DNA of 63,923 nt, the filler included, from Reclinomonas americana ATCC 50394 (taxonomy: Eukaryota): assembly GCA_048213135.1 (NCBI GenBank). It is 8 parts of 8 records of this genome, joined end to end, with 100 filler letters (N's around TTAATTAATTAA, not from the genome) between each part and the next. Parts side by side here need not be neighbours in the genome. Positions count along the whole stretch, not along the records: positions 61,781 to 63,923 come from AFZH01017895.1; 7 more parts are not named here. One strand, written 5' to 3'. The notes beneath the pieces are model-generated. The model was given only the letters and a program-made list of their open reading frames with translations. It searched no databases and was not told the origin of the DNA. Of the stretch, positions 61,781 through 63,923 are shown in pieces. A program made the position numbers and the translations under genes. The stretch's first letter is position 1. Each line of letters begins with the position of its first letter.

Positions 61781-63655
61781 CGAGAAGACGTCATGATACG
61801 GATTCGATGGTTGGCCGTGTCGGACACGAGAACTCGGTTGCGCGACTGCCAGAGGAGACCGCCTGGAGCAAAGAGCATGGGATCGGAGGCGCTGAGGCCT
61901 TCGGTACCGCGAGTTGACATGGTGTCCATGATTACTTGTGTCTCGTCGGCTGAAGAGGAATATATGAGAAGGGGCAAAACAGCAGCAATAACAGCCAAGA
62001 CATCATAACGCACCAGCGTAGAGCCACACGGTGTTGCTGAGCTGTTCACGAGAAGCGACGAAAGGGGATGAGCTATTGAAATCAAAGGAGAAGACTTGTG
62101 GGTCACCAACCGGTGCGGCCACGAGGACGCCACCAAAGTCGTCCGCATTGTTCCACAAGGTGGCCACATCGGACAACTACGAGAGGCACAGCAACGGTCA
62201 GAATACGAATGAAAGGTGACGGACAGCACCAGAGTGACTCACGGGATTCGGGAATGAGTGGAGCGAGGTGATGAATCCCGGTGGACTCTCTGCGAGGTAG
62301 GTGCGATGAGAACGGTAGAAACGCAGACAGCAGTGTGTTAGGGAAACGCACGAGTAATGGGGTCGCGGTACTGCAGATAGCGCAGCGATGAACTGTCGGT
62401 GGTGACGTAGGACAAGAAATACGGTGCCATGGGCGCGATAGGACCCAGGGTGGAGAACGAGCCCGCGTAGCGCGAGAGACCGTCTTGCTGCCGATTGACA
62501 CCGTCGCCGTAGTAGCTTTGTGCTTGCACTGCGGATGGGGGAGGAGAGTGAGAACCAACTTGACGTGAAACAAGTGACTGACAACGCACTATTTTGCAAG
62601 TTCACTTGGTAGACGACATGATGGGAGATCTGCGACACGCAAACCGCGATGAGCACCACCTCAACATGTGACAGAAAGGGAAACTGCAGGACTTACCGAC
62701 GTGACGTACGCATAGCTCGTGCCCGAAATGAACGAGATGCCGACAATTGTGCCCATTGAATTATCACCGCCACCGGAATCCACTGTTCTCCTCGTGGTCA
62801 CCGTACCTGTGTCGGTGGGGGCGCAGTGAGTCGTGATTGCAGGAGAGAGATCAAGACAATGAACTTCTCACCCGCGGTGGTGTCGACCTTTCGCAGCTGC
62901 CCCACTCCCTGTTGCACACAGAGGATCAGAAACAACTGAGAGCATACATCTTTCTAACACACATGCATAGACCGATGCACATGCACACGCTCTCTCTCTC
63001 TATCTCTTTCACATATGCGCGCACACACATATGCACTCTCACTCACTCTCTCTTTCTCTCTCACTCTTTCTCTCTCTCTCACGCGCACACACCTGGTCAG
63101 CGACCCACAGCTCGTTCTGTGCCACTGGGGAGAATGCGAGGCCCTTGGGAATGCCAAACAAGGCCTCCAGGCGGGGACCTGAGATTGATAAAGGAGACAG
63201 CGTGAGTGCATGCAGGCTCCGCGAATGAATCGACATCTGCTTGTTGACGCACCATCGGCGGAACCCTGCAGCTGCGGAATGCCGGCATACAGCTCAATCA
63301 TGGACTCGGTGGTCAGGCGGCGAATGGTGCGCCCAGTGGGTTCGCTAAAGTAGATGTTGCCGTAAGCATCCGTCGTCATCATCGACGGATCTTGCAACAT
63401 GGCCAGCGGTGCGTACCCGTCGGCCACCGCGTCGTCACTGGTGGACATGACAATCAATATACCGAGGCGCAAGAACAAGGCAATGCCGTGTGGACTCACC
63501 CGATACCGGCGAGGACGCAGGAGCTGACCGAGGTCATGGAGAGGGTGCCCACGGAGGTGTAGGACTCGAAAGTGTTGAATCGCACACACAGCACGTATGA
63601 TGGGTTCGTCATGGAAGTGGTATCCACGACCAGCGTGTACGAAGAAGGGCCACTG
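61781..63655 (-). CDS. NHL-repeat beta-propeller protein, internal fragment
   Basis: Motifs LQDPSMMTTDAYGNIYFSEPTGRTIRRL..YAGIPQLQGSADG, FGIPKGLAF..ELWVADQ, LFAPGGL..VLVSDTANHRIR. Both ends truncated. Confidence 0.75.
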
Positions 63656-63676
63656 TGCAGGGAGGGTGATGTGAGT

Positions 63677-63923
63677 GGGGGAAGAGAGAAGGGGGAAGGT
63701 GAAGGGGGAAGAGAAGGGGAAGACAAGGGGGAAGAGAAGGGGGAAGAGCAAAGGGGGAAGAGCGAAGGGGGAAGAGCGAAGGGGGAAGCGAAGGGGGAAG
63801 AGCAAAGGGGGAAGAGAAGGGGGAAGGTGAAGGGGAAGAGCAAGGGGAAGAGCAAGGGGAAGAGCAAGGGGAAGAGCAAGGGGAAGAGCAAGGGGAAGAG
63901 AAGGGGAAGAGAAGGGGAAGAGC
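63677..63923 (+). repeat. Purine-rich minisatellite, ~12-13 bp unit GGGGAAGAG(C/A)AA
   Basis: About 20 degenerate units, becoming near-perfect CAAGGGGAAGAG toward the window end; probably intronic in the NHL gene. Confidence 0.9.

Noticed and set aside
63677..63923. CRISPR-like array or coding LFPL repeat protein
   Set aside because: There are no unique spacers; it is a simple purine-rich tandem repeat, and the ORFs through it are low-complexity artefacts.

Overview
This is a ~64 kb scaffold of a GC-rich, very compact, intron-dense unicellular eukaryote. It is probably flagellated (a CCDC42/CFAP73-like gene is present), but the lineage cannot be fixed from this window. Seven 100-nt spacers (44 N + TTAATTAATTAA + 44 N) behave as ordered scaffold gaps, because several genes continue across them. 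About 27 protein-coding genes were reconstructed by hand-splicing introns that are mostly ~57-90 nt long; the supplied ORF track is largely exon fragments. Recognisable genes: RADX-like OB-fold protein, two DH-PH RhoGEFs, STRA6-like receptor, class I/II aminotransferase, ankyrin protein, MCMBP, RFC3, CCDC42-like, 2OG-Fe(II) oxygenase, RIOK2, two MFS paralogs, EF-hand protein, EXPERA protein, PPT1, RING-H2 ligase, sarcosine-oxidase-like FAD enzyme, EMC3, FkbM methyltransferase, MIT and NHL proteins. The most striking observations are: (1) a major class of introns with a shifted 5' splice site GTTGCG instead of GTRAGT, over 30 by manual count; (2) a giant receptor joining a tandem Ig/invasin-like ectodomain to a STRA6-type membrane core; (3) a spliced TM-alpha/beta-hydrolase-RhoGEF fusion; (4) a full-length RADX-like gene in a protist-like genome; (5) a pair of dually acylated PsbP/Mog1-like paralogs. 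All homology calls come from motif recognition by eye, not from database searches.
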